Of a DNA stretch of 64,000 nt, positions 1 through 60,598 are shown piece after piece. The notes under the pieces were generated by a model that saw only the letters and a program-made list of their open reading frames with translations, was not told where the DNA came from and did not search any database. Every line of letters begins with the position of its first letter. Position 1 is the first letter of the stretch. Source of the stretch: Eledone cirrhosa (lineage: Eukaryota). The stretch spans positions 188,542,001 to 188,606,000 of the forward strand of contig OZ024741.1 in assembly GCA_964016885.1 (NCBI GenBank). Reading direction: 5' to 3'. A program made the translations under genes and the position numbers.

Positions 1-438
1 TGTGTATATATATATATGTGTGTGTGTATATATATGTGTGTGTGTGTGTGTATATATATATATGTGTGTGTGTGTATATATATATGTGTGTGTGTGTATA
101 TATATATGTGTGTGTGTGTATATATATATGTGTGTGTGTGTATATATATATGTGTGTGTGTGTATATATGTGTGTGTGTATATATATATGTGTGTGTGTA
201 TATATATATGTGTGTGTGTGTATATATATATATGTGTGTGTGTGTATATATATATATATATGTGTGTGTGTATATATATGTGTGTGTGTATATATATGTG
301 TGTATATATATATATATGTGTGTGTGTATATATATGTGTGTGTGTGTGTATATATATATGTGTGTGTGTATATATATATATATGTGTAAGTGTTTATAAA
401 TATATATATGTGTGTGTGTGTATATATATATATATGTG

Positions 439-485
<47 letters not shown>

Positions 486-778
486 ATATATATATGTGTG
501 TGTGTGTATATATATATATATGTGTGTGTGTATATATATATATGTGTGTGTGTGTATATATATATGTGTGTGTGTATATATATATGTGTGTGTATATATA
601 TATATATGTGTGTGTATGTATATATATATATATATGTGTGTGTATGTATATATATATATATATGTGTGTGTATGTATATATATATATATATATGTGTGTG
701 TATGTATATATATATATGTGTGTGTATGTATATATATATATATATATATGTGTGTGTATGTATATATATATATATATA

Positions 779-819
<41 letters not shown>

Positions 820-840
820 ATGTATATATATATATATATA

Positions 841-913
<73 letters not shown>

Positions 914-981
914 ATATATATATATACATATATGTGTGTGTGTGTATATATATATATGTGTGTGTATGTATATATATATAT
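1..981. repeat. Compound (TA)n/(TG)n microsatellite
   Basis: Continuous alternating TA and TG blocks; explains the YIYI/CVCV ORFs. Confidence 0.98.
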
Positions 982-1240
982 AGCATGGAAAAAACTACTT
1001 GCATTGATTGTTAGCTGTTGGGACACTGGATCCTTCAATACTTCCATACTTTCCAAAATTAACCAACACTACATCTGATATTCCCCCTTCATACACACGC
1101 ATGTATCTGTGTGTATACCATGACTCATACACTGTTCACTTTCCCGACATTTGTACATTATTCTATGTACTATACATACACCTTTGATGAGTTGTAGTGC
1201 ACCTGAGCACTCTATACAATAATTTTCATTATTATTTTAT
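982..1240 (+). mobile_element. CR1-clade LINE 3' end fragment
   Basis: AWKKL...[12 protein letters not shown] peptide and 3' UTR match copies at 18345-18745 and 50939-51775. Confidence 0.75.
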
Positions 1241-1265
1241 TATATATATATATTATTCGTCACAG

Positions 1266-48816
<47,551 letters not shown>

Positions 48817-49387
48817 TATCGGTGTAAGACCATTGAGCCATATATATAAACTCACTGTGTGATATAAATATAAATAGAGAGAAAGAGACTGATTTAATCA
48901 ATACTGTTTGATAGTTGTTTTGGGAGACCCCACTTATTAGTTTACAATCAACTCATAATTGAAATCAAAAGAAAACACATACAGACAAAATATTTAAACA
49001 AAAAATAAAAGATATATTAGATTATACTTCATGTTTGGTTGTAACTTATTTCTCATTTTGTTTTTTCATTTTCCTTCTTTCTTTCTGTTCATTTTCATTC
49101 TCAGAAATTTTCATTTTGAGGAAGTTTCACATGATTAAACGTATAGCTGCTGGTTACTATCTTTGCTATAGTTCCATGTCTACCTTCTGGAACAATGACA
49201 TCTGAGCTTTTTATATATACACACACATAGACTATATATATTCTAAGTAGAAAAGTAGCAGTGTCATTGATGTTTCAACTTGGTTGCTTCATGCACACAC
49301 ACACACAGTTGTGAAGATGAAATCATTGCTTTGAGTCTTTCATTTCCAATCATCAGAGGATTAATGATTTGTGAAACTTCAGCTTCC

Positions 49388-49393
49388 AATAAA
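49388..49393 (+). terminator. Candidate polyadenylation signal of LRPPRC (alternative AATAAA at 49004-49009)
   Basis: AATAAA ~570 nt after the stop, followed by U/GU-rich sequence. Confidence 0.45.
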
Positions 49394-49844
49394 ATATAAC
49401 TCATTTTTTTACCTTCTGTATTATGTTCAATTGTTTACATACAAAGAATGAAAAGATTTTGAAACCTAAGCAAGGACCATAGTATTAGATAGCAGCATTT
49501 TTAAAGTTGTTTTGTTTCGTATATTTTTTCTTCTTCCTATTTAAAAAAAAAACATTTCTTTATTTCAAAGTTGTCATTTTGAAGAATAGTGACTCAAAAT
49601 ATGGAATCAGAATGAAGAAATGTGTTGCTTACAACTGTGATCATTTACCTAAGTCTATCTTGTAGTCAAGGGTCTCTCATTAAAACTGTTGGATATAAAA
49701 CTGTTAGATAATAAAGCCTAGATTTTGTTTACAAAACATATTTCTTTATTTTTACATTATTGCTTTTTATTATTGTTATGTTGACCTCTTCAATACATAT
49801 TGTACATAACTGTACAGTCCATGTTATTTTTTTACTGTTTACTG

Positions 49845-50443
49845 TTTTTTCAGAAATGAAGAGCATTGCTTATGACCCATTCTAGGCATCCAATTATTGC
49901 TTTTTCTGAAATGAAGAGCATTGCTTATGACCCATTCTAGGCATCCAATTATTGCTTTTTCAGAAATGAAGAGCATTGCTTATGACCCATTCTAGGTATC
50001 CAATTATTGCTTTTTCAGAAATGAAGAGCAATGCTTATGACCCATTCTAGGCATCCAATTATTGCTTTTTCAGAAATGAAGAGCATTGCTTATGACCCAT
50101 TCTAGGCATCCAATTATTGTTTTTTCTGAAATGAAGAGCAATGCTTATGACCCATTCTAGGCATCCAATTATTGATTTTTCTGAAATGAAGAGCATTGCT
50201 TATGACCCATTCTAGGCATCCAATTATTGTTTTTTCTGAAATGAAGAGCATTGCTTATGACCCATTCTAGGCATCCAATTATTGTTTTTTCTGAAATGAA
50301 GAGCATTGCTTATGACCCATTCTAGGCATCCAATTATTGTTTTTTCTGAAATGAAGAGCATTGCTTATGACCCATTCTAGGTATCCAATTATTGTTTTTT
50401 CTGAAATGAAGAGCATTGCTTATGACCCATTCTAGGCATCCAA
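49845..50443. repeat. 55-bp tandem repeat, ~11 near-identical copies
   Basis: Unit GAAATGAAGAGCATTGCTTATGACCCATTCTAGGCATCCAATTATTGCTTTTTCT at 49853, 49908 ... 50403. Confidence 0.97.
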
Positions 50444-50938
50444 GACTAGTGGGAGGGAAGAAGGTATCCACAAACTAGAGACCTGATCTGATTGCTTGCA
50501 GCTGTGTAGATTCTGCTAAAGGCACACAAGTGACAGTCAAAATGCACCCAGTACACTCTGAAAAGATGGTGATAGAAGAACATCCAATCATAGAAAATCT
50601 ACCAAACAAAGGGTTAGATGAACTCCTTAGTTGTGTCAAAGACATAACAACCTCCCTAGTACTAGTACCACAATAAAATGCACTCTGTTGTACATAGGAT
50701 TGTTTATAGTGATGCAGGCCCCTCAGCCCATCTGAGGTCAGTAGTCCTACCTCAGTACTGACTCTGACTTTGATAACCCATCCAACCTTTGCTAGCAGGG
50801 GAAAATGGACATTAAATGATGATATATATATTGGAATGTGTCTAAAAACACTTTAGTATTTAAAACATTCAAACATTGAGTGAACATTTAATATTTACCT
50901 GTATATCTACCTATCTATATCTATCCACTAATCCCTTT

Positions 50939-51775
50939 ATAATAAAAATAAGGAAATGATTGTGTACAGTGCTCAGGTGCACTACAACGCATCAAAGATG
51001 CATGTATAGTACATAGAATAATATACAAATGTCAGGGAAGTGAATAGTGTATGAGTCATGATATACATGTGTGCATGTGTATGGAGGGGGAATATTAGGT
51101 GTTGGCGAATCTCAGGAAGCATGGAGGTTTTAAAGGATGCAATGTCTCGACAGCTAACAACTGATGCAGGCAGTTTGTTCCATGCTTCAGCAACTCTGAG
51201 TGTGAAAAAATATTTCCGAAAGTCATGGGAGCTGTGCTGTTTTCTGACTTTGTTGGCATGCCCACGTGTGTTAGACATATGGAGATCAAAAAGGTACTCA
51301 GGGTTGCTGTTGGCAAGATGGTTAATGATTTTGTGGGTGTTTACCAAGTCAGTTGCCGGATGTCGTATCCATGTCCAGGGAAGCAAGGCGTTCAGAATAT
51401 GGTAGATGTCTGATGGAGGGTATTCGCTTGGTTGCATGTCTCTGAACAGTTTCCAGGCAGTCAATGTTCTGAGCAAGATAGGGGTTCCAGACTGGTGATG
51501 CAAATTCTAAGTGTGGCCGCACCATAGCTATATACAGCTTTAAATAGATAGCTGGAGAGCAGCTGACAAAGGTCTTGCTGAGTGATGCTAAGACACCTTC
51601 AGCCTTCTTGACAATTTTAGAGATGTGCTTCGTCCAATGCACATCGCTGCTGACAGTAATGCCCAGGTCACGTTCACAAGAAGACTTGATATTAATGTTG
51701 TGGAGGGAGTATGTGGATGCTGGGTTTTTACTCCCAAAATGCATGGTGGTGCACTTGTCCACAGCCAGCTTCAGT
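50939..51775 (-). mobile_element. CR1-clade LINE 3' fragment (RT C-terminus + UTR)
   Basis: KCTTMHFG, ERDLGI, LYIAMVRPHLEFASPVWNP, LETVQRHATK, NTRGH, FFTLRVAEAWNKLP. Confidence 0.9.
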
Positions 51776-51819
51776 TATATATCTGACAACATAATTCTAG
51801 CTAGCTTAGGTGTATAAAA

Positions 51820-54118
51820 CAGCTTAGACAAGTGTGTATCGTATTGGCTAAACAGGTGTATAACTTGGGTTAGGCAGATGTATATGTTTGACAGGTGTAT
51901 ATATAACATTGGCTAGACAGGTGTGTATAACATGGGCTAGACAGGTGTATATAACGGGCTAGACAGGTGTATATAACATTGGCTGGGCAGGTGTATATAA
52001 CATGGGCTAGACAGGTGTATATAGCCTGGGCTAGACAGGGGTATATAACATTGGTTAGACAGGTGTATATAGCCTGGGCTAGACAGGGGTATATAACATG
52101 GGCTAGACAGGTGTGTATAACATGGGCTAGACCAGTGTGTATAACATTGGCTAGACCAGTGTATAACATTGGCTAAACAGGTGTATAACTTGGGTTAGCC
52201 AGATGTATATAAGTTTGACAGGTGTATATAACATAGGCTAGACAGGGGTATATAACATTGGCTAGACAGGTGTATATAATATGGGCTTGACAGGGGTATA
52301 TAACATTGGCTAGACAGGTGTATATAACATGGGCTAGACAGGTGTGTATAACATGGGCTTGACAGGGGTATATAACATTGGCTAGACAGGTATATAACAT
52401 GGGCTAGACAGGTGTGTATAACCTGTGCTAGACAGGTGTATATAACATTGGCTAGACATGTATATAACCTGGGCTTGACAGGTGTGTATAACCTGGGCTA
52501 GACAGGGGTATATAACATTAGCTAGACAGGTGTGTATAACATGGGCTTGACAGGGGTATATAACATTGACTAGACAGGTGTATATAACATGGGCTAGACA
52601 GGTGTGTATAACATGGGCTTGACAGGGGTATATAACATTGGCTAGACAGGTGTATATAACATGGGCTAGACAGGTGTGTATAACATGGGTTAGACAGGTG
52701 TGTATAACATGGGTTAGACAGGTGTGTATAACATGGGTTAGACAGGTGTGTATAACATTGGCTAGACAGGTGTATATAACATGGGTTAGACAGGTGTGTA
52801 TAACCTGGGCTAGACAGGTGTATATAACATGGGTTAGACAGGCGTGTATAACCTGGGCTAAACAGGTGTGTATAACATGGGCTAGACAGGTGTATATAAC
52901 ATGGGTTAGACAGGTGTGTATAACATGGGCTAGACAGGTGTATATAACATGGGTTAGAAAGGTGTATATAACATTGGCTAGACAGGTGTATATAACATGG
53001 GCTAGAGAGGTGTGTATAACATTGGCTAGACAGGTGTATATAACATGGGTTAGACAGGTGTGTATAACATGGGTTAGACAGGTGTGTATAACATTGGCTA
53101 GACAGGTGTGTATAACATGGGTTAGACAGGTGTGTATAACATGGGCTAGACACAGGTGTATATAACATGGGTTAGACAGGTGTGTATAACATGGGCTAGA
53201 TAGGTGTATATAACATGGGTTAGACAGGTGTGTATAACATTGGCTAGACAGGTGTATATAACATGGGTTAGACAGGTGTGTATAACCTGGGCTAGACAGG
53301 TGTGTATAACATGGGCTAGACAGGTGTATATAACATGGGTTAGACAGGTGTGTATAACATGGGCTAGACAGGTGTATATAACATGGGCTAGACAGGTGTA
53401 TATAACATGGGTTAGACAGGTGTGTATAACATTGGCTAGACAGGTGTATATAACATGGGTTAGACAGGTGTGTATAACCTGGGCTAGACAGGTGTGTATA
53501 ACCTGTGCTAGACAGGTGTATATAACATTGGCTAGACAGATGTATATAACCTGGGCTTGACAGGTGTGTATAACCTGGGCTAGACAGGTGTGTAGAACCT
53601 GGGCTAGACAGGTGTATATAACATGGGTTAGACAGGTGTGTATAACATTGGATAGACAGGTGTATATAACATGGGTTAGACAGGTGTGTATAACATTGGC
53701 TGGACAGGTGTATATAACATGGGTTAGACAGGTGTGTATAACATGGGTTAGACAGATGTATATAACATGGGTTAGACAGGTGTGTATAACATTGGCTGGA
53801 CAGGTGTATATAACATGGGTTAGACAGGTGTGTATAACATTGGCTAGACAGGGGTATGTAACATTAGCTAGACAGGTGTATATAACATGGGTTTGACAGG
53901 TGTGTATAACATTGGCTAGACAGGTGTATATAACATGGGTTAGAAAGGTGTATATAACATGGGTTAGACAGATGTATATAACCTGGGTTTGGCAGGTGTA
54001 TATAGCATGGGCTAGACAGCTGTATATAACATGGGTTTGACAGGGGTATATAACATGGGTTAGACAAGTGTATATAACATGGGTTAGACAGGTGTATATA
54101 TGATTTAGACAAGTGTAT
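51820..54118. repeat. 24-bp minisatellite, ~95 copies
   Basis: Unit GCTAGACAGGTGTRTATAACATGG; gives the 8-aa periodic ORFs (WARQVYIT). Confidence 0.97.
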
Positions 54119-54145
54119 ATAATGGGTTATTTAAGTGCAAGGTTT

Positions 54146-54313
54146 GGCTGACCAAGATACTCTCATGGAATGACCAAATGAGATTTATTTTGCAACACAG
54201 TGCCTGCAAAAAATCAATGCAGTTATTAAGAAGAATTGAAATTAGTGCATGCAAGATTTCACAGCTCTGGGATCAATCCTTCAGAGTCAGCCAATGAACT
54301 CTTCAGCCGACCC
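54146..54313 (-). mobile_element. Internally deleted derivative of the 44107-45342 mariner family
   Basis: Left subterminal GGCTGACCAAGATACTCTCATGGAATG joined to right subterminal GCATGCAAGATT...GTCAGCC..TGAACT. Confidence 0.75.
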
Positions 54314-54344
<31 letters not shown>

Positions 54345-54487
54345 TATGTGTGTGTGTATATATATATATGCAAGCAGGGAAAAGCAGACGTAAAATGATG
54401 ATGATGATATATGTATATTATAATCATCACCATCATCACCACAATCATCATATCCATCCATCCATCCATCATTTTAATGTCTGCTAG

Positions 54488-54524
<37 letters not shown>

Positions 54525-54663
54525 CAAGTTAGTGTTAACATTTATTAAAAAGAACATCAGAGTAGTTAGTAAAACACCTGAATCTGGGAAATTAGATGAA
54601 ACAGTGCAATAAATTTTGTGAGGATAAAATGTATTCCATTATTTGAATCCAGTAATAACATAT

Positions 54664-54871
54664 TTAACCCATTAGCATTTAAACCAACTGTATCCGGTCA
54701 CAGAATTCTCTCACCTCTTTCTGTTCAAACTGGCCATAGCCAGCTGCTCATATTTATGTTATGGTATTGTTCTCAAAATAAATATCAAAATCTCGTAGAT
54801 TCAATATTATGTAAAATAAAGTGTTTACCATGAAAATACTATAGTAAATATAGAGTAATGTAAATGCTAAA
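54664..54871. mobile_element. piggyBac-type MITE (right end truncated)
   Basis: Homologous to 47370-47602. Confidence 0.7.
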
Positions 54872-55199
54872 TTACATGAATTATTAAAAAGCTAACTAGA
54901 AATAAATTTAGTGGTGAAGCAAGCAACCAGATAGATAAATAGGTAAGTTAGTATTAATATATTTAATACTAACTAGATATATAGATGTATTGGAAGGTAT
55001 GTAAATAAGTTAGTATTAACATAGTTTTGTATGAAAATGACTAGAAATAAATATGAGGAAAAAGCAATATTAATTAATGACCAATATAATTTAAATACCT
55101 TACTCGAGTGGCACCGGTAAGGTATTATTAGCCATTGAAAATAAAATAAAAAAGAACCATTTAAATTTCATCAAGTGTGAGATACAATATTGGGCATGT

Positions 55200-56060
55200 T
55201 TCAAACTCAGGACCTCATCAGAGAAGTATAGGCTTCATTATCCTTTCTGTAATAGTGAAAAAGGGATCACTAAGTAAAATATGCAAGGATCTTAAGGGCA
55301 AACTTAGCAAAATCCAAAGTTTTAGTAAGAAAGAAAGAAGATAGGGCTGTAGTTTGACCAAGAAAGTGGCTGTGCTCAGTATGTAAAGTAGGTAGGAATT
55401 CTGTACAATGTTCAAAATGTACAACAAGGGTACAGAAAAGATGTAATGGAATTGTTGATAGACTAACAAATGTACTGGGGTAGTTAATAGTAAAAGCTCC
55501 AATCCCAGGAAAGCTCCATAGAAGTAGTTGATAGCTTCCATTTCTCAGGTGACTTAATTAGCAGTGGAGTACGTTGCTTTGAAAGCATAACAGCTTGAAT
55601 AAGAACAGGAAGAGGAAAGTTCACAAAGCTACTATCTCTGTTGACAACAAAAAAGGTTTACCTACAAAGGAAAGGCTGGCTGTATGATGCATGCATGTGA
55701 AGTGTGATGTTGCATGGATATGAAACATGGACAGAAAATACAGAGGATATTCGAAGGTTGGATAGAAATGAAGTGAGCATACTTTGATGGATAAGATGAG
55801 AGAAAAACTGGGTATAAGAGGAATCAGATATGTGTTTGTATGGACATGTGATATGGATGATGATCATTGAGTGAGGAAGTCCCCAGTGGAAGGATGTTGC
55901 CGTAAAGGAAGACCTGAACAGATGTGGTGAAAGCAGATCTCATAATGCTGAGCATCACAGGAGATGAAGGAATGCATTAAGTGAATGGAAGCTGTGCTGG
56001 AAAAGATTCATCTAACCTATGCAAGCATGGAATAATGGACATAAAAGGATGATGATGATA
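55200..56060 (+). mobile_element. Old, heavily degraded RTE LINE 3' part
   Basis: Remnants of KW-CSVC-VGRNS-QC, EVVDSF, LYDAC, HGYETW; (GAT)n tail. Confidence 0.7.
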
Positions 56061-56670
56061 TATAATTTTTAGTGTCCACAACTAGAATTGTTTAGAGAAA
56101 AAATTACTCAGAGATGCTATTTGCATGAAAAAGAATTGTTACGGTTGCATTAACATTATTTACTCTTTTACCTGTTCCAGCCATGCTGGGGTACCACCCT
56201 TGTTGCTACATGTTCTATATCCAGCCTTTGTTAGCTGGCTATTGGTGTGGGAGGAAATCCATTGCTGCTGCCCTTAGGTTACCTTTGTTCCATGCTGTGG
56301 GCTTATCTGGGATCCTGGATAGCAAAGTGTCAAAATTTCATCCATACATATCACATGTCCATACAAACACATATCTGATTTCTCTTATACCCAGTTTTTC
56401 TCTCAGTTTATCCATCAAAGAGAATAATTTGACAGGAAAGGCACCTGGTGGTTGTTAGTTGTATGTGATGAGTTAAACCTAGAATGGGAGATCAAATTTC
56501 AGTCATCACAAGTAAAGTCCAAGTCTTATCCAGACTCAGTTGTAGATTTAAATGCCTAGATACAATTGCAAGGTTGATTTGGATATTTGGGGCTGTGTAC
56601 CAGAATGATAACCCTTAGGATCCAATGAAGATGTCAAGAGCAACTCTGAAGAGCTTTTCAATATATAGTG

Positions 56671-57160
56671 CAGAGGTTCTTAAACTTTTTGAGCCTCCCT
56701 TACGGCCATGTAATAGCCTCAGTGTCGCCCAAACCTATTTCCAGAGAAACCTGCCTACACGCAAATTGTAAATAATATACAGGGTGTTTCAAAAAATTTG
56801 ATATCAATGGCCTATTCCCAAGGTTGTCACATTGAAATATATATATTGTGAATTAATGTTATAACGTGGACATGTTTTGAGGAATAAATCTTGTGTTACT
56901 CAACATGGAGCCTGCTTAGTCTCGTCCTAGACCTTGTAGTTTCTGGGATATTTACATCTCAAATGATATTTTTTGAAACACCCTGTATAATAAATTAAAT
57001 AGTTAATTTATATATAATAAATAATATAATATAAACTATGTATAAATAAACGTTATATATTTTTTATCTTACTATATTTATACATATGTATCATTTGATA
57101 TTTAATATACATCTCTACCACCCCCTTAGGCCCCAGCGACCCCCACTTTGAGAACCTCTG
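56671..57160. mobile_element. hAT (Charlie-like) MITE with perfect 8-bp TSD ATATAGTG
   Basis: TIRs CAGAGGTTCTTAAA / TTTGAGAACCTCTG; TSD 56663-56670 and 57161-57168. Confidence 0.85.
56780..56985. mobile_element. Tc1/mariner MITE nested in the hAT MITE
   Basis: TA-CAGGGTGTTTCAAAAAA ... TTTTTTGAAACACCCTG-TA. Confidence 0.85.
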
Positions 57161-57439
57161 ATATAGTGTATATCTAATGAATAAATAAATATGATGATAC
57201 AGTGCCCTAACAATGTGTATTTCGCCTCACTGTGAAATTATGTCTCACGAGGAATTTTCCGCAGTTTGGATTGAATTGACTGGTTTTATTGTTATTTAAC
57301 TTGGGATTGTTTAACTCTCTTTTCCAAGATGTCAAAATAAAATAGCAGATGTTTACTAATTAAAACTATAAACAAGATTGTGTTGAGATGCAACTCATAT
57401 ACATAATGGTAACAGGGTAAATAGCTGAACAAGGATTAC

Positions 57440-57665
57440 TTAACCCTTTAGCATTTACATTACTCTATATTTACTATTGTATTTTCACAGTACACACTTT
57501 ATCTCACATAATTATCTGACATAATATCGAATCTACAAGATTTTGATATTTATTTTGAGAACAATACCTTAACATATGTATGAGCAGCCAGTTATGGCTG
57601 GTTTGAACAGAAATAGGTGAGAGAATTCTGATCGGATACAGCTGGTTTAAATGTTAAAGGGTTAA
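57440..57665. mobile_element. piggyBac-type MITE
   Basis: TTAA flanks and TIRs. Confidence 0.78.
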
Positions 57666-57713
57666 TTAACAATACAGTATAAGTTGTGAATAAATGAATA
57701 CATATACACTACA

Positions 57714-59841
57714 GAAGTGTGTCCGGAATGATAAAGGTGAGCTTGCCCTCACAAGTGCTGAGAAGAAAGACACATGGAAGAGTCATTATGATAGATTACT
57801 AAATGAGGAGAATGCATGGGAAGAAGAGACCCTACTCCAAGTAGACCCTATAGAGGGGCCAGCAGTACAAGTCAGCAGCAGCGTAGTAAGTAAGGCATCG
57901 GGTATAGCTGCCGAGATGCTGAAGGCATCTGGGTCTGTAGGTCACACTATAACCACACGTATTGTTAACCAGGTAATACTAGAAGGTGTCATACCAAAAG
58001 ATTGGTGCAGTAGCATCATTTTCAACTGCTACAAAGGTAAAGGTGATGCACTCGTTAGAGGAAACTATAGAGGTATAAAGCTGATGGACCAGGTCATGAA
58101 AGTAACAGAAAGAGTTATAGCACAGTTGATTAGGGACCAGGTGAAACTAGATGAGATGCAATTTGGGTTTGTACCAGGAAGAGGCACCACTGATGCCCTC
58201 TTCCTTGTGAGGCAGTTACAGGAAAAGAGGGCATCAGTGGTGCCTCTTCCTTGTGAGGCAGTTACAGGAAAAGTACCTAGCTAAAAGTAAGTCACTCTAC
58301 CTGGCATTCGTCGATCTTGAGAAAGCCTTTGACAGTTCCACGTGCTGCAATTTGGTGGGCTCTTAGAAAACTAGGAGTAGATGAATGGCTTGTGAAAGCT
58401 GTACAAGCCATGTATAGGGGAGCAGTCAGCAAAGTTAGGATTAGCAATGAGTATAGCGAGGAATTTAGCGTACAGGTTGGGGTCCACCAGGGCTCTGTTC
58501 TTAGCCCTCTCCTGTTCATCATAGTCCTGCAGGCAATAACGAAAGAGTTTAAGACCGGATGCCCATGGGAACTCCTCTATGCTGATGACCTCGCACTTAT
58601 AGCTGAATCTATGGTAGAACTAGAGAAGAAATTTCAAACTTGGAAGCAGGGACTAGAAAGAAAGGGTCTCAAAGTCAACATGACAAAGACTAAGGTCCTT
58701 GTAAGTAGACGAGAAGACAGAACCCAGATCCCCTCAGGGAAATGGCCTTGCTCAGTATGTAGGAAAGGTGTAGGTAGGAACTCCATTCTCTGCCCCAAAT
58801 GCAAACAATGGGTACACAAGAGATGTAGCGGGATTTCAGGAAGCTTAATTAAGAATGTAGGCTTCACATGCAGCAGCTGTGCTGGGACAGCAAGCAGCAA
58901 ACAGCTACAGGAAACAAGTACCACCAATCTCTGGGAGGGCTCTGTAGAAACAGTAGACAGCTTCTGCTACTTAGGTGACCGAATTAGCAGCGGAGGTGGG
59001 TGTTCAGAAAGTACAATAACTAGGGTAAGAACGGGGTGGAAGAAGTTTAGGGAACTACTACCACTGCTAGCTGCAAAAGGCTTCTCCCTCAAAATGAAAG
59101 GCAGACTGTATGATCCGTGTATCCGAACAACGATGTTGCATGGTAGTGAGACCTGGGCGCTGAAGGTGGAAGACTTACGTAGATTAGAAAGAAACGAAGC
59201 CTGCATGCTCCGATGGATGTGTAATAGTAATATACGCGAACGACAAAGTATAGATGAATTGAGAGAGAGACTGAGCATAAGAGGAATCAAATGCTGTGTG
59301 CAGGAGAGGTGGTGCGTTGGTATGGACATGTGATGCGTATGAAGGATGACAGCTGCATAAAAAGGTGCAGAGCACTAGAAGTCGATGCAAACCGCGGAGT
59401 GGGAAGACCCAAGATGACCTAGGATGAGGTGATAAAAGCCGACCTTACCCAATTACACCTCTCAAAGCCAATGACACACGACCGTGACCTCTAGCGTCAC
59501 ACAGTAATACAGGGTACCCGACCTCCCATGGGTACAAGCTGAAGCATATAGACAATATGTCCCCCCCCCCCCCCTCCACCGCAAGGTGGTCGTGGAGGTG
59601 CCACGGCAAAAAAGCACCCAGCCCACCCTGTAAAGTGGACGTGTAGGCGCCATGAAAAAACACCCAGCACTCACTGTAAATGAGGTTGGTGTTAGGAAGG
59701 GCATCCAGCTGTAGAAATCAAGCCAGAATCAGTTCCTGTATGAGCAAGGCATGGTCAGCCAACCAGACACTGCCCACAACAAGACAACCCGTCTAACCCA
59801 TGCTAGCGTGGAAGAACGGACGTAAAACGGTGATGATGATG
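57714..59841 (+). mobile_element. RTE-clade LINE subfamily A, 5'-truncated, with 8-bp TSD ACACTACA
   Basis: RT motifs QFGFVPG, HQGSVLSP, LYADD; PHD-like finger; long 3' UTR and (GAT)n tail; TSD 57706-57713 and 59842-59849. Confidence 0.94.
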
Positions 59842-60414
59842 ACACTACACCGTTAACCCCTGTGCACACCACTCTGCCCATGCTCCCTCCACTACTACTT
59901 AGCTATTCTCTCCATCACTACACTCTCCCTCCCCACCTATGCTAGTGACCACATATCCACCATTATCACTGCTTTGGTATTTTCACCATCATTACATGCC
60001 CTAAGTTATCAGAGGTACCCCTTCGCTTTACTCATCACCCTATCAAATCACACCCCACTATACATCCATAACTTCACACTTATCTCCCTTCTCCTCTCCT
60101 CCCTTCAACCCTGCAGAGTAGAGAAGGTTCATCAGTTGGGACAATAACTGATCTCTCTAGTGTTGGTGACGTGAAAATGCACCCACTACACCCCGTAAGG
60201 TGGTTGGTGATAGGAAGGGCACTCCACTGTGGCAACCATGCCAAAAGAGTTGAGAGGACCTTTCAGGAACATCAACAGTGTGACAGCCCCTCTAGTGTTG
60301 GTGATCTACATGATAAATGCACCCAGTACATTCTGTATAGTGGTTGGTGATAGGATCCAACTGTAGAAAGCTTACCAAACAAAGGGTCTATTTTCACAAT
60401 GAGACTAAATAGAT

Positions 60415-60598
60415 AATTGTTTCTACTTTTGGCACAAGGCCAGCAATTACCCAGTGTATTACTGGTACTTTATTTTATCGACCCCGTAAGGATGAAAGGC
60501 AAAGTTAACCTCGGCGGGATTTGAACTCAGACCGTAAAGGGACGTAACTATGCTGGAAAGCATGGCGTCCGACCCTCCACCGATACTGCCAATCCACT
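60415..60598 (-). mobile_element. Nin/Deu-like SINE
   Basis: Near-identical to 29718-29907. Confidence 0.8.

Noticed and set aside
2-1078. Long ORFs of 120-358 aa in several frames
   Set aside because: Translations of the (TA)/(TG) microsatellite; no coding complexity.
49845-50443. Possible CRISPR array or tandem hammerhead satellite
   Set aside because: Units are contiguous with no unique spacers, the context is eukaryotic, and there is no CUGANGA core on either strand.
51870-54112. Repetitive 8-aa ORFs (WARQVYIT / SNPCYTHL)
   Set aside because: By-product of the 24-bp minisatellite; frames break at indels and there are no splice signals.
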